Below are positions 29,983-45,000 of a DNA stretch of 64,000 bases, piece after piece. Position 1 is the first letter of the stretch. Each line of letters begins with the position of its first letter. This stretch comes from the human T2T-CHM13v2.0 reference genome, Homo sapiens: assembly GCF_009914755.1 (NCBI RefSeq), contig NC_060925.1; one strand, 5' to 3'. The position numbers and the translations under genes were made by a program. Below the pieces are notes generated by a model. That model was not told the DNA's origin. It ran no database searches and saw only the letters and a list, made by a program, of their open reading frames with translations.

Positions 29983-30286
29983 TAAGTGAGTCTTCACAAT
30001 GTTAAAATACCTAAGTTTTTGTTGACAACTCTGTAATGTATATTTGCCTTTTGAAGTATTTTAATTATTACTCTGGTTAAATCAATGATTGTTATTCCAC
30101 AGTGACCTGAGATCCTATTTTAATCAAGTGTTTTAAACCTTTTTATATTTTGACAAATTTCCCAAAATCCAATTCTAAATTAAGTTTTGAGTCAAGCTAA
30201 TTTTGGGATATTCCAGAAGGCCTCTGGAACATCCAAAAGAGATATATCAAACCAATTATTTTCATTTGGCATGTTAAATTATATGG

Positions 30287-30600
30287 GGGTCAGGCACAGT
30301 GGCTTGCACCTGTAATTCCAGCACTTTGAGAGGCCACAGTGGATGGATCTCTTGAGCTCAGGAGTTCAAGACCAGCCTAGGCAACATGGTGAAACCCCAT
30401 CTCTACCAAAAAACAAAAAATTAGCCAGGCATTGTGGCACGCACCTGTGGTCCCAGCTACTGAGGTGGGAGGATCGCTTGAGCACGGGAGGTGGAGGTTG
30501 CAGTGAGCCAAGATCGCACCACTGTACTCTGTCACCCAGAGTACAGATTGGGTGGCACTGGGTGTCAGAGCCAGACTCTGTCTCAAAACAAAACAAAACT
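30287..30600 (+). mobile_element. Alu (old, with internal micro-inversion)
   Basis: Dimer with (CAAAA)n tail; rearranged 3' end. Confidence 0.85.
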
Positions 30601-30955
30601 ATATGGGAAGCATTGTCAAATAACTGATGCTAAGCCATCTTTGAATTATTTTTGTGTGGACATGTTATTAATATGTGTTTCATAAATTGTATAAAATTCG
30701 TAAAACTCTGGTATGTTAGCCATGATTTTGGTTATTTTGTTAAATCATTGTATGCCACAGAAATAATTAAATTTCCTTGTCAACTGAGACATTATTATTA
30801 GGCACTCTCACCAGATCTTTACCCATGGCCATTTAAAGTGTGGTTGTTCACAGTTAATTAGTTTATACTCATGCTTTTCTAAAAGTGTTTTGCAAGCAAC
30901 TATAATCCTAAAGTGGTTGTGTCTTCAAGGAGATGCATGGAAACCTTGGTGCTTT

Positions 30956-32570
<1,615 letters not shown>

Positions 32571-32983
32571 GGAAAAGACTCTGACAAGTACAGATTTCTG
32601 ATCATTTTAAGATCATACCACTGGGCTGGGTAAGAATTTCTAGAACTCTAAGGGAAAAGCTAGACTCACCAAATTGCTAACCCAACATCAAGCAGGACAA
32701 AAATTAATCACACAAGACTAAATGGACTGATGAATTATGGGTTTCTATGTCTTTTTAGAATTCAAAAATATTGCTGGTTCTTTCGTTTTTCAGATTTAGG
32801 GAAACCTTTTCTTTTAGGCTATCTATAGCTTAAGGCAATTTGGTAACATACCTTTGTGAACAAAAATGGAGACATTGCTTTTTTCTCCCTACCTGATCCT
32901 TCCAGAATTTAGAAACTACTCATGAGGATTCTTATTTTTATGACAAAATAATTATTTGTATATGCTCAATAGAATCTGCTCTT

Positions 32984-33140
32984 GGCTGGGCATCTCAGCC
33001 TCCCAAAAGTGAGGGATTAATCCCAGCACTTTGGGAGGCTGAGATGGAGGGAAGATCACTTGAGGCTAGAAGGTTGAGGCTGTAGGGAGCTATTATTGCA
33101 CCACTGTGCTCCAGCCTGGGCAACAGAGTGAGGCCCTGAC
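32984..33140 (+). mobile_element. Alu monomer (FLAM/AluJ-like) with inverted 5' segment
   Basis: AATCCCAGCACTTTGGGAGGCTGAG...GCCTGGGCAACAGAGTGAG; GA-rich tail. Confidence 0.75.
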
Positions 33141-33849
33141 AGAAGAAGAGGAAGAAAGAAGAGGAAGAAGGAGGAGGAGAATCTGCCCTCTTTATAACAG
33201 GACACAATTGGAAATATTGGTTATATTATGACTGGGATATCGAAATTGAGACTGTAGATACAGACTTTGCCTGCAGTACTTACAGACGCATTCTATCTAC
33301 ACTGGCTTCCTAGCATCGAAAGATTTTTAAAAGTTCATTTTGAGATTCCTGATCTAAAGTTCCACCCAAGCAAACTTAAAAGAGCCTATGTGGTTGATGC
33401 TATTCTCACTGAACTTACCTAAATAAGCAGGGCAAGTTTGATGAGGCTAAACATTTTGCAAACAAATTAGTCTTACTCTGATTATCTCTGGTAGAAATGA
33501 GGGGCAACTGTAAAGAGAAAATGTATGTTTCAGAAGAAAGAACATTATAGTACACTTGTTCTTAGATTGTAGCCTTGTTTGTTGTTCTAGAGTTTTTATT
33601 ATCTACCTGCAGAATGGACTGGACCCTGAATTCTTCTTGTTTCCTCCAACATATGTTGACAACTCTCCACCTTAAGAACAAAGCTACTAAGCTGGACAAC
33701 TTGATGTAAGCATCAAGGGACAAGTCTCATGCCAACGTGTGGACCATACAGAGTTCACCAAACCATCTGTTGTCATAATCAGAGACAGTCATATTACAAA
33801 TCAGGACCAGAAGTTGACCATTTTACATTGTGAAGCTTTTCCCCAGATA

Positions 33850-34500
33850 TCCAAAGAAGACTAGCCTCTTGCCCCTCTCAATTTTTCCTTGCTCATGCCT
33901 ATCTCTTTCACTTGGCAGGCTAATGCTGTAGTTAGAATTTCACACCAGTAGCTTCTGTGGGTTACCTGATAAATATATCGGGTCTGTCAGGCCAGACTCT
34001 CATCTTTATGACCCAACAGATCCTTTAGTTTACTTAGTGGGTAAGTTTGGCAACATCCCTGATGCAACTGTTTGGCATCAAAGCAAACCAGACCCACTTC
34101 TTCTCACTCCCTGCCTTAATTTTACATAGATTACCTACTAGCTGAACAGGAAGGGGTCTGTGTGGTTTCTGACACATCTTGTTGCACATGGGTAAATACA
34201 TCAGGTATTGTAGACTCAGCTGCAAAAAATTAACAAACAGGCTACTTGGTTAAAATGGGTAGACTCCCCATCTGGCTTATTGTTTGATCTATTCAGTTTT
34301 CGTTGGTTGGGTTCACAGGGACTCTGGCTAAGGAACATACTCCAAACCCTTGGTATTATCCTCCTGACAGTCACAATAGTAGTCTCCCTGGTGTGTTGTA
34401 TCCTTTCAAATGTTTTAAATGTTTGCATGTGACCATCCATTGAACATCAAATGGTCCCTCTTCAGCTGGAATGACACAAACTCAAAGAAATGCATGATCA
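33850..34500 (+). pseudogene. ERV env remnant (TM region)
   Basis: Trp-rich membrane-proximal stretch then hydrophobic LGIILLTVTIVVSLVCCILSNVLNVC (~34349-34428). Confidence 0.6.
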
Positions 34501-34501
34501 T

Positions 34502-34800
34502 GGCCAGGCATGGTGGCTCACGCCTGCAATCCCAGCACTTTGGGAGGCCAAGGCGGGCGGATCATGTGGTCAGAAGTTTGAGACCAGCCTGGCCAATATG
34601 GTGAAACTCCATCTCTACTAAAAATACAAAAATTAGCTGGGCATGGTGGTGGGCACCTGTAATCCCAGCTACTCAGGAGGCTGAGGCAGGAGAATTGTTT
34701 GAACCCAGGAGGTGGAGGTCGCAGTGAGCTGAGATTGTGCTATTGCACTGGGCGACAGGGCGAGACTCCGTCTCAAAAAAAAAAAGAAAGAAAGAAAAGA
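34502..34800 (+). mobile_element. Alu
   Basis: Full dimer; GCATGATCATG on both flanks. Confidence 0.9.
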
Positions 34801-34934
34801 AAAGCATGATCATGAAGACACTGTAACCTATCAATGACATGTTGAGACCAGAAACCCAAACTGATAGTAACTGAGAGAGGCACTTTTAAGTTTTGGTCAA
34901 GCTAGGTGAGAGCCTGATCAAAATGGGTAAAAAT

Positions 34935-35519
<585 letters not shown>

Positions 35520-35649
35520 GTGAACTTCCCCTTTTTTTGCCTAAAAAGCTTCTCCTTGCCCACCTCCCCCAATGCAGCACCTATGGTATGACATAGCACA
35601 TGTATTCCAGGTTACAATCCCTTGTCCAACAAACTGTTTTATTATTAGT

Positions 35650-36775
<1,126 letters not shown>

Positions 36776-36789
36776 CATTCCCCAATTAA

Positions 36790-37860
36790 TGGTTTTTGGA
36801 GAGTGGCCGGTTTGGAACGGGCTAGCGGAGTCGTTCGTTAGTTAGGTCCCTGCAGTGTAGATGGAGGACGGAAACGGCGCTGTGACATAAGCGGGAGGAG
36901 GCGGGCTGAGGCAGCGCTGTGACGTAGCAGATGAAAGCCGGGCCCGCGCTGCACTGAGGTACTTCTCTGAGTGACAAGCGGGACAAGTACGCCGTGGGCG
37001 GGGCCGGCGGGTCGTGATGTTAGTTCGCGCTGTGTGGAGGCGGGCCGGCGTGGCGCTGTGACGCAGCGGGAGAAGACGGGCTGGGAGGGCGCTGTGCTGA
37101 ACGCCCCTGCGGTCGCGACAGGCCAGCGCAGGTGGAGGCGGGGCTAGCGAGGCACTGAGGTAAGTACTTCCCTAAGGGGCGGGGAAGAACGAGTGAGACA
37201 TGGGCGGGGCAGTCGCCTCATGACGTCAGTCTCGCGCGCGGGCGGAGGTGGGCCGGTGCGGCGCTGTCACGTAGGTTCAGTGGGCGGAAGAGGTGGCCCC
37301 GGATGCTGCGGCGCCCGCTGGCCGGGCTGGCTGCGGCCGCCCTGGGCCGGGCCCCACCGGACGGTGAGTACGACAAGCGCGATCGCGAGGGTGACTCGGG
37401 TCGAGGCGGCAGCGGTCCCTGCGCTTTGCGGTCGCCCAGTCCACGCCGCCTCCGGATCTCCTCCTAGCCGAGACGCCCTGTGCCGCATTCAACTGTGGGC
37501 CCTGAGAACGGGGGAGCTCTGGAGGGCGGACGGGCTGGCAACGCAGCGGAGCCCGGGTCCCGGAGGGCGGGGCGCTCCTCAGGAGCTGGGCAGGCCGGCA
37601 GTTATCGCAGTGTCGAGCTGCTCCCCGGGCGTATAGGAGCGCTCGGTGTCTTCCCGACACCTGGGCGCGCCGCCAAAGAGAGCAGCTGGGAGTCCCTACC
37701 GCTGGCCCGGCGCGGTGTGCGCTCCGGTTCCCACCTCACCCTGCAAGCCTTGGGGTCCTGGGCGGATGGAGCCGGCTATTCCGGGGCTCCCAGGATTCTG
37801 CCTACTCCGCGGCACGGCGCAGAGACGGGGACTTGGGGAAACAGCAGGCCTTCCCGACGC
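36790..37860 (+). promoter_or_regulatory. GUK1 CpG-island promoter with non-coding alternative first exon (donor GAG|GTAAGT at 37160)
   Basis: GC boxes; repeated GCGCTGTGAC motif; full CRE TGACGTCA at 37221-37228; perfect donor consensus. Confidence 0.8.
37303..37363 (+). CDS. GUK1: GUK1 long-isoform coding first exon (N-terminal extension resembling a mitochondrial targeting peptide)
   Basis: ATG...MLRRPLAGLAAAALGRAPPD G|GTGAGT; the phase-1 end joins GC-ATG of exon 42508 in frame. Confidence 0.85.
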
Positions 37861-39301
37861 ATGGGTGTGGCATTTGGGGTTCGGATTCTCCAAAGCCAGA
37901 GTCCGGGTTGGGGTTCTTGAAGCTGCCCTGCTGCCATTCTTGAGCGTCGCCTTAGAAGTATGCCCCAGTAAGGACTGGTGTGGGAAGCAGGTGCCTCAAA
38001 GTTGATTTTGACCCTGCGTGTGGTGGGCCTCGGTTTCGTCTCTGCATGAAAGAGGTCGGTCCTGAGGCCCCGGGCTGGGTCCTGCTCTGCTGTCTTTGGG
38101 CTCATGGCCCCTTCCTGTCTCAGGCTTGCTCTGCTCTTTACCTGGGGTTGCTGTCGAGGACCCTGTGCAAGACTCGGCCGGTTTTTCTTTCTCCCTGATG
38201 GACAGACCCAAACATAGCCGCGCAGCATCGTGAAGGGCTGGGGCCTTCACTCCTCTGTGGCTCTGGAAGAGCCCGATTTCCTCAGGAGGTAAAGGAATGT
38301 TCCTGTCCCCCCCGGGGAAAGAAAGTGAAAATGAAAGCGCCCTGGCTGCTCCTGGTGTGGTCCCATTTAAAACGAGGTTGCTGAAGGCCAGGATGCGTGC
38401 TACCCGGATGTGTGCCCAGAAACCCTGCAGCCAAGAGCAGCCGCCTGGACCACCAGCCTCCCCTTCATCCACCTGGCCCAGCCCAGAGCCCAGGCCCACG
38501 TCTGGTGGTTTGTGTCTTACGAGAGGCCAGGCGGGGGCTGAATTCTCTCGGTTCTCAGAAGGTCAAGCCCTCTGTTAGCATCTCCTCGAACAGTGGGCCG
38601 GGGGCAAGGTGGTGACTCTGTTCAGTCCTTAGGATGGCTGGAAGCCAGAAGGAGGAGATTATGCCGCCACAGCAGGGAGTGCCTTTCCAGGAAAGCGGCT
38701 GCTGGGGCAGCATGGGAGCCCAGTCCAGGGAGCGTTCTGGCAGAGACCATTCCGGAACATGGATCTGCGCCGGCGGCTCCCAGGAGACCTTCCATCTCGG
38801 AGCTCCTGTGGAGACCACGTGCCTGGCAGGTCCTTACAGTTGTGGGTTGTGTGGCTTCTTGCCAGGCAGCTGATTGGAGTTTGCGACTGTGGGTTGGTGA
38901 GAGTGGAGAGCACAGAATGTTTGCTGGAATGCTTCCCTCTGCCCACAGGAAGACACCTTTGGCGCATGTGTTCTGGTCAGGGCAAAGGCTCCGTGGTTTC
39001 CACCGCAAGATTGCAGGAGCCTTGAGGCCTGGGCCACAGTTTTCTCCCTTGGGTGTGCTCCATGGAAGGTGGCTTTGGTGACCGCCCTGCCACTGGTCTC
39101 TCCCCAGGCAGGCAGGCAGCCTGTGCCTCCGCCCTGTCTCCAGCGGTGGTGTGGCTGTGCTTCTGCAAGGCCCGCATCCACTCACTGTCTGCCCTCTGCA
39201 CTCTCTGGCTGGCCAGGGCCCCCAGTAGTCTGCTCATTGTGCCCTCACGCTTGGGCAGAGCCGAACTCAGGGGACCCAGGAAGAGCGGAGTGTTGGCCCG
39301 T

Positions 39302-40102
39302 CCAGAGTTCTTGGCAATTGGTGTGTCATGTGTGCCTCGTGCCCTGTGCTGGGCGAGAGTGGGCACAGCTGCGCAGACAACGCCCTTGGCGAGGCTGGAG
39401 CCTGGACCCCTGCCTGGCAGCAGCTGGGTGAACTGGTGTCTTCTGCCTGCGGGCCCAGCCTCACCTCAATAGCTTACTGCTCCCTCAGGAGGGAGGAGGG
39501 GAGGCCTGGGAGCCTGGGCTTGGCGGGGTAAGGGTGGTGCAGGGGCAACACCTGTGGAGGAAACAGGCGGGGTTGGGGCCCACCAGCGTCTGCTGTCTGC
39601 TCTGTGCTGGGTTGCATCTGTTGGTGTCTGATCGTTGTCAGGGCCCTGTGGTGAAGAGACACACCTGCCACTTGCTGCTTGCGAGGAAAGGGGGAGATCC
39701 CCAACCCAGGAGCCAGAGGTGGGACTCCAGCACCCCCCATTCCTGGGAGTTGGAAGTGAGGCACGAGCTCCCCAATTCCTGGGCATCGGGGATGGGGTTT
39801 GGGGCCGAGGAGGGGATGGAGACCAGGGTCTTGTGGTAGTTTGGTGGGATCCTCAGAAGGTGTGGCTCTCCCCCTTCTGAGGACGCAAAAACTCCCAGAG
39901 TTTTTGGCGATTGATGTGCCACGTGTGCCTTGTGCCCTGTGCTGGGCGAGTGTAGGCACAGCTGTGCAGACGACGCCCTTGGCAAGGCTGGAGCCTGGAC
40001 CCCTGCCTGGCAGCAGCTGGGCGAACTGGTGTCTTCTGCCTGTGGGCCCAGCTTCACTTCACTAGCTTAGCGCTCCCTCAGGAGGGAGGAGGGGAGGCCT
40101 GG
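39302..40102 (+). repeat. 208-bp direct duplication (39302-39509 and 39895-40102)
   Basis: Ungapped alignment by eye with about 18 mismatches; offset 593 bp. Confidence 0.92.
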
Positions 40103-40974
40103 TCAGTGGAGGTCACCACTGTGTTTCCTTCTGTGTGGGTTTATAGTCACGTAGCATCTAGGTTCAGACCCGAAGAGCTTGGAGCCAGGGGCTGGGGGGA
40201 ACAGGGCAGGACCGGCCTTGGGGCAGCCCTGTCAGGCCCACCAGTGCCATGCTGGTTGTGGGTTGGCAGGGCAGAGTGACCTTAAGAAGGGCCAGCTCAG
40301 TGGAGCAACAGGACAGAAGCTCACATGGGGTCCAGACCACAGGACCATTTGAGTAGCTCTCCCATATCGGGTCCTTCGAAGCACATGATTTAGCTTTACT
40401 TTTTCTCCTTCGTATTAGAAAAGTCACCATAATACCATCAAGTCATAATTTCTGTGATCTCAGTGCTTCAAGTAGGTGTGTAGCAATTGCTGGATGTGTC
40501 CTGAGAACTGTACCCCTTCCACCCTGGCGAGAAGCAGGGGCCAGAAATTCACACAAGTGGCATGGCTCATTGATTGTGGGAGACTCTGGGGGGCTCCTAG
40601 CTAGTGCATTATGGGAACCAGGCTGTGGAGGTTGCAGGGCTCGCTGGCTGGGAGAAGCTGAATGGATAAAGAACCCTGGCCACTGCAGTGCGTGCTGATG
40701 GTTGGCTGGCACGTAGAGGAGGTGGCAGGGCTGGGTGAGCAGCAGGAGCCAGGTTAGTGGGGAGGCCCGAGCTAAGCGCAGGGGCAAATTCTGCGGGTGG
40801 GAGAGCCAGGAGGGCATGGGGTGCATGGTGAGATGAAAACGATGTGTGCTTGTGACAAAAAGCCCAGAAGAGGCAGTAAGGAGGGAGGAGTCTATCCCTT
40901 ATGGAGAGCACATGGACTTCTGGGTGGGTGTCCTGCAGTTCCCTTCCTCTTGAGTCTTTTTAACTGGGGGTCCG

Positions 40975-41215
40975 GTGTGTTTGTGATCAATGACATGTAT
41001 GCGTGTGCATGTGTACCTTTGCAGGTACACATGTGTGGTGTGTGTGCATTTGCTTGGTGTGCGTGCATTTGTGTGTGTGTTTGTGTGTGCATGCATGTGT
41101 GTGTGTTTGTGGTAGGTTTGTGCACACATCCTGCATACCTTTGTGCCTGGGAGTGGCATGTGTGTGGTGGGTGTCGCTGTGCATGATGGAGTTGCAGCCG
41201 TGGTGCATTTGTGAG
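40975..41215. repeat. (TG)n/(CA)n-rich low-complexity tract
   Basis: GTGTGTGCAT-type alternating purine-pyrimidine repeats. Confidence 0.85.
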
Positions 41216-42507
41216 ATTACCTCGGTGGCCTAAATTGGGGATTAGGAGGGCATCCTCAGGTCCTTCCCACTGTCTGCTCGTCTGCCCACAGGCGGCTGTG
41301 CCCTAAACAGGAGGAGGCCATTCACGCCTCGCCTGAGTTGTGTCCAAGGTGTGCGTGTGGCCAGGGGTCCATCCGCTTCCCTCTAGCCCAGCCCCTGAAC
41401 ACAGCTGCAGTGCACGGCCCCACTCCTCAGCTCTGCTCCCCATCCCAACTCGAAGACGCTGCCCTGGCCCTGTGTGTGCAGCTCATGTGGACTGGGAGGG
41501 CAGGGCAGGTGCAGGTCTTGGGGCAAGAGCTGGAGCTGTCTTTTCCTTCCTGCACAGCCGCAGAGCAGGTGGATGGGGCTGCTTCCCTGCAAGGGCCCAG
41601 GGCCAGGCCCCCTGGGGATTTATTCGTGGCTTAGAAGGGTGGGGCCAGAAGCAGGCGTAGTGGGGATTAGGGACTCAGCACCCCCAGCTCTCAGTCCAGC
41701 AGACAGACCCACCCCAGGCTGACTACAGAGGCTGCACCTCAGCAAACAGGTAGGCCCTGTTCTTGGGGAGGATTCCCACCAGGCAAAGGCCAGCTCCCGG
41801 GCCCTCACCTGCCACGTGTCCAAGCTAGGATCCTGTTTGCCTTTCCCTTGGGGGCTGGGAGGGAGGCCTCCAACCCCCTCTGGCATTACCAGCATCACAG
41901 ATAGGAGTCCCAAGTCCTATGAGAAGTTCCTGGAATAGGTGTAGATTCAGTAGATCTTTACAAGACCATATCTGCAGGGCAAGGTACCAGAGGACAGAGG
42001 CGGGGACAGGGACACTTCCATTCCAGACCTAGCAGCCCAGCACTCAGCACCATGCATGGGAGCAAATGGCTGGACTCCTGGGTGGGGTGGGGGTCTCAGA
42101 GCAGGCTCCCAGAGGGCTTGGAGGTGACTCCACCAGGTGGGGACGGCAGCTCCCAGGTAGGGTGTCATCAGAGTAGACAGCATTGCTTGCTAGGGACCCC
42201 TGGGGAGGCTGACAGGGTCAGTGGGTTTCAGTTGGGGGGCTCCCCTGCTGAGAACCCAGTAAAGCCGGCCTTCCATTCGTCTCCCGTGTGCCCAGAGCCT
42301 GGTCTGAGGGCCGCCCTGTGCATGCCGGCCCTTCCAACGTGGCAGAGCTCAGGGGGAAGAACACCCAGGCTCTCAGGAGACTCTCAGGCCAATGTCTCCA
42401 TCCCTGGGTCAGCCCTTTCCTGCCATGAATTCAGGAAGGCAGAGGCAGCTCAGCAGATGGGGACTAGAGGCCGCACTGCTATCCACAGCCTCTCTTCTCA
42501 CCCCCAG

Positions 42508-42621
42508 GCATGTCGGGCCCCAGGCCTGTGGTGCTGAGCGGGCCTTCGGGAGCTGGGAAGAGCACCCTGCTGAAGAGGCTGCTCCAGGAGCACAGCGGCA
42601 TCTTTGGCTTCAGCGTGTCCC
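42508..42621 (+). CDS. GUK1: GUK1 guanylate kinase exon (canonical ATG at 42510; P-loop)
   Basis: CCCCAG|GC ATG = [37 protein letters not shown]; donor C|GTGAGT. Confidence 0.96.
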
Positions 42622-43022
42622 GTGAGTCCAGGGCTCTCGTGGAGGGGTGCGTAGACCTCAAGGCTGCTGAGTAGTCCTAGCACCGTGAGCAGGCCAGGAG
42701 CCCAAACCCAACAGGCACACCCACCCTGCAGACTGTCCGAACTCTTGCACACTCCCCCCCACACAGAACCTGAGGTTATCACACTCCTGCTGTCCTGCGT
42801 GCCTGTGTCTCCCTTCCCTGGGTCTGTTGAGTACTGATAACTGGGCCACAGTGTTTCTTTCTGGGAGAACCCTCGCCTTGTAGGCTCCTGCGCCTTCCCA
42901 GTGGTGTGCTTCACTGGCTGCCTGCATCCTGGGGCTCAAGTGCTGTCGGGACTGCAAGGGAAACGCTGGGTGGGGCATTGGGCTCCGAGCAGCCCCCGAT
43001 GGGTGACAGGTCTCTCTGCTAG

Positions 43023-43064
43023 ATACCACGAGGAACCCGAGGCCCGGCGAGGAGAACGGCAAAG
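43023..43064 (+). CDS. GUK1: GUK1 exon
   Basis: TAG|AT ACC ACG AGG... (H)TTRNPRPGEENGK, guanylate kinase signature; G|GTGAGT. Confidence 0.95.
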
Positions 43065-43469
43065 GTGAGTGGGGTGGGGCCCTATGGCTGGAGCACCCCC
43101 AGTGTGGGCAGGGCTGCTGGGCCCTGCAGCTGTGTTGGCTGTGCTGCCCGTCTCCTGCCCCCATCAATCCCTAATCTGTGAGATGGGTCCTTGCCTCCAA
43201 GGGCCGGTGAACTCAATCAGGGTGTCAGCGCCACAGCGTGGTGTCGCCTTCCTTGGGTACAGTGTGAGAGGCCGGCCAAGGCCTGGGGCTGTCTTCCTCC
43301 CACCTTGGAGGCGGCCACAGTGCTGCTGTCCCCAGCCCTGTCCTGGACTCGGCACTTATCAGCACTTTTGAGCTGTCTTCTGGGGTCCTGGTAAAAAGGG
43401 CTACTCTGCCTGCCTGATTCAAGACAAGGGACCCCCTTCCCAACAGCACCCCCGCCCCTTGCCGTGCAA

Positions 43470-43635
43470 CCCAGTGGTCTCCAGTCACCCCACCACATCG
43501 TCCCCTCTGTAACCTGACGGTCTCCAGTTCCCCCACCACCTTCCCCCAGAACCTGTTGGTCTCCAGTCCCCATCCCATCACCACCAACTCCCAACTCCCC
43601 ACTGGAACCCAGCAGTCTCGTATCTCCATCAGTGA
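43470..43635. repeat. Degenerate intronic tandem repeat (GTCTCCAGT...CCCCACCAC)
   Basis: About 4 imperfect copies. Confidence 0.6.
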
Positions 43636-43838
43636 GGACAGTGTGAGAAATGGTGTCTGGCTCAGGCACTTGGCAGCACTTGAGGGGTCCTCAGATGTCT
43701 CCTGCCCAGCAAGGATCTGACTAAAGCAGTCGTGGGTGTGGGAGGGGCCTGCAGGCATGCCTGGGTTGGGGGCAGCTGGCCCTGGGCACCCTGGTGCAGG
43801 TCCAGTCTGCCCTCTGGATGGCCCCTCCTCTTCCCCAG

Positions 43839-43935
43839 ATTACTACTTTGTAACCAGGGAGGTGATGCAGCGTGACATAGCAGCCGGCGACTTCATCGAG
43901 CATGCCGAGTTCTCGGGGAACCTGTATGGCACGAG
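43839..43935 (+). CDS. GUK1: GUK1 exon
   Basis: (D)[31 protein letters not shown](S); CAG| and AG|GTGGGC. Confidence 0.95.
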
Positions 43936-44402
43936 GTGGGCCATGCGTGGGTGTGGGTGGGCTCCCAGGGTTGCTGTTGGCAACAGGGATCCAGGTAGTG
44001 CCTGCTGCCTGCCCGCCATCCACACCACCCACCCCATGGTTATGAATGTGGCCAGGTTGTGGCCCAGGGCCAGGCTCCCACGTCTGTGGCCCACAGTGGC
44101 TCTTTTCATGAGGCTGCTGGGCCCGGTCCTGCCACCGTGCATTGTCCTGGCAGGGTGAAGGGTGCACAGGACACCTCATGCTCACTACAGGCACCTTGGG
44201 GAGTGGGTGGCCTCTGTTCCCTGTAGGCGGGGCAGGGCGTGGGGGTAGCAGGTTTGAGATGCTGTCGGGTGCTGGGTCCAGGCCAGGCCTAGGCTCAGCT
44301 GTGGGAGGAGAACGCTGGGCCCGGGAGGGCCTGGGTGTCCCTGAAGCTCCTGTAGGCCTCAGAGAGCCCTGGCACCCCTGCTGACCTGGCACCTCTCCCC
44401 AG

Positions 44403-44541
44403 CAAGGTGGCGGTGCAGGCCGTGCAGGCCATGAACCGCATCTGTGTGCTGGACGTGGACCTGCAGGGTGTGCGGAACATCAAGGCCACCGATCTGCGGC
44501 CCATCTACATCTCTGTGCAGCCGCCTTCACTGCACGTGCTG
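44403..44541 (+). CDS. GUK1: GUK1 exon
   Basis: [46 protein letters not shown]|GTGTGT. Confidence 0.95.
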
Positions 44542-44611
44542 GTGTGTGCTGGGCAGGGTTGGGGGCTGGGGGCCAGGGCATGCCAGGCTCTGATTGCCAC
44601 CCCCTTTTTAG

Positions 44612-44696
44612 GAGCAGCGGCTGCGGCAGCGCAACACTGAAACCGAGGAGAGCCTGGTGAAGCGGCTGGCTGCTGCCCAGGCCGACATGGAGAGCA
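44612..44696 (+). CDS. GUK1: GUK1 exon
   Basis: TTTTTAG|[29 protein letters not shown]|GTGAGT. Confidence 0.95.
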
Positions 44697-44764
44697 GTGA
44701 GTGTGCCGTGGGATCACCAGGGAATGCCAGGAGGGGAGTCAGGGTTCTGAGGTCTGTGGCACCA

Positions 44765-45000
44765 GGGACCCTGTGGGTCCCCAGACCTCCTGACACCTGG
44801 AGTCCCTGTGAGGGTCCTCAGACCTCTCAACTACCTCCCAACACCTAGAGTCCCCGTGAGGGTCCCCAGAACCCACCCCCAGTCACCAAGGGTCTCATTG
44901 AGGGTCCTCAGATTTCCCTCTGTTACCCAGAGTCTCCGTGAGGGCCCCCAGACCCCCCATCGCCCAGGGTCCCATGAGATGTCCCCAACCTTCTAGCCCC
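44765..45000. repeat. Intronic minisatellite (GTCCC(C/T)GTGAGGGTCC(C/T)CAGA core)
   Basis: About 6 imperfect ~35-45 bp units. Confidence 0.75.

Noticed and set aside
38200-41750. Additional cassette 5'UTR exons of GUK1 (donor GAG|GTAAAG ~38289, acceptor CACAG ~41291, donor CAG|GTAGGC ~41750)
   Set aside because: Plausible splice signals, but boundaries cannot be paired from sequence alone, so they are not called
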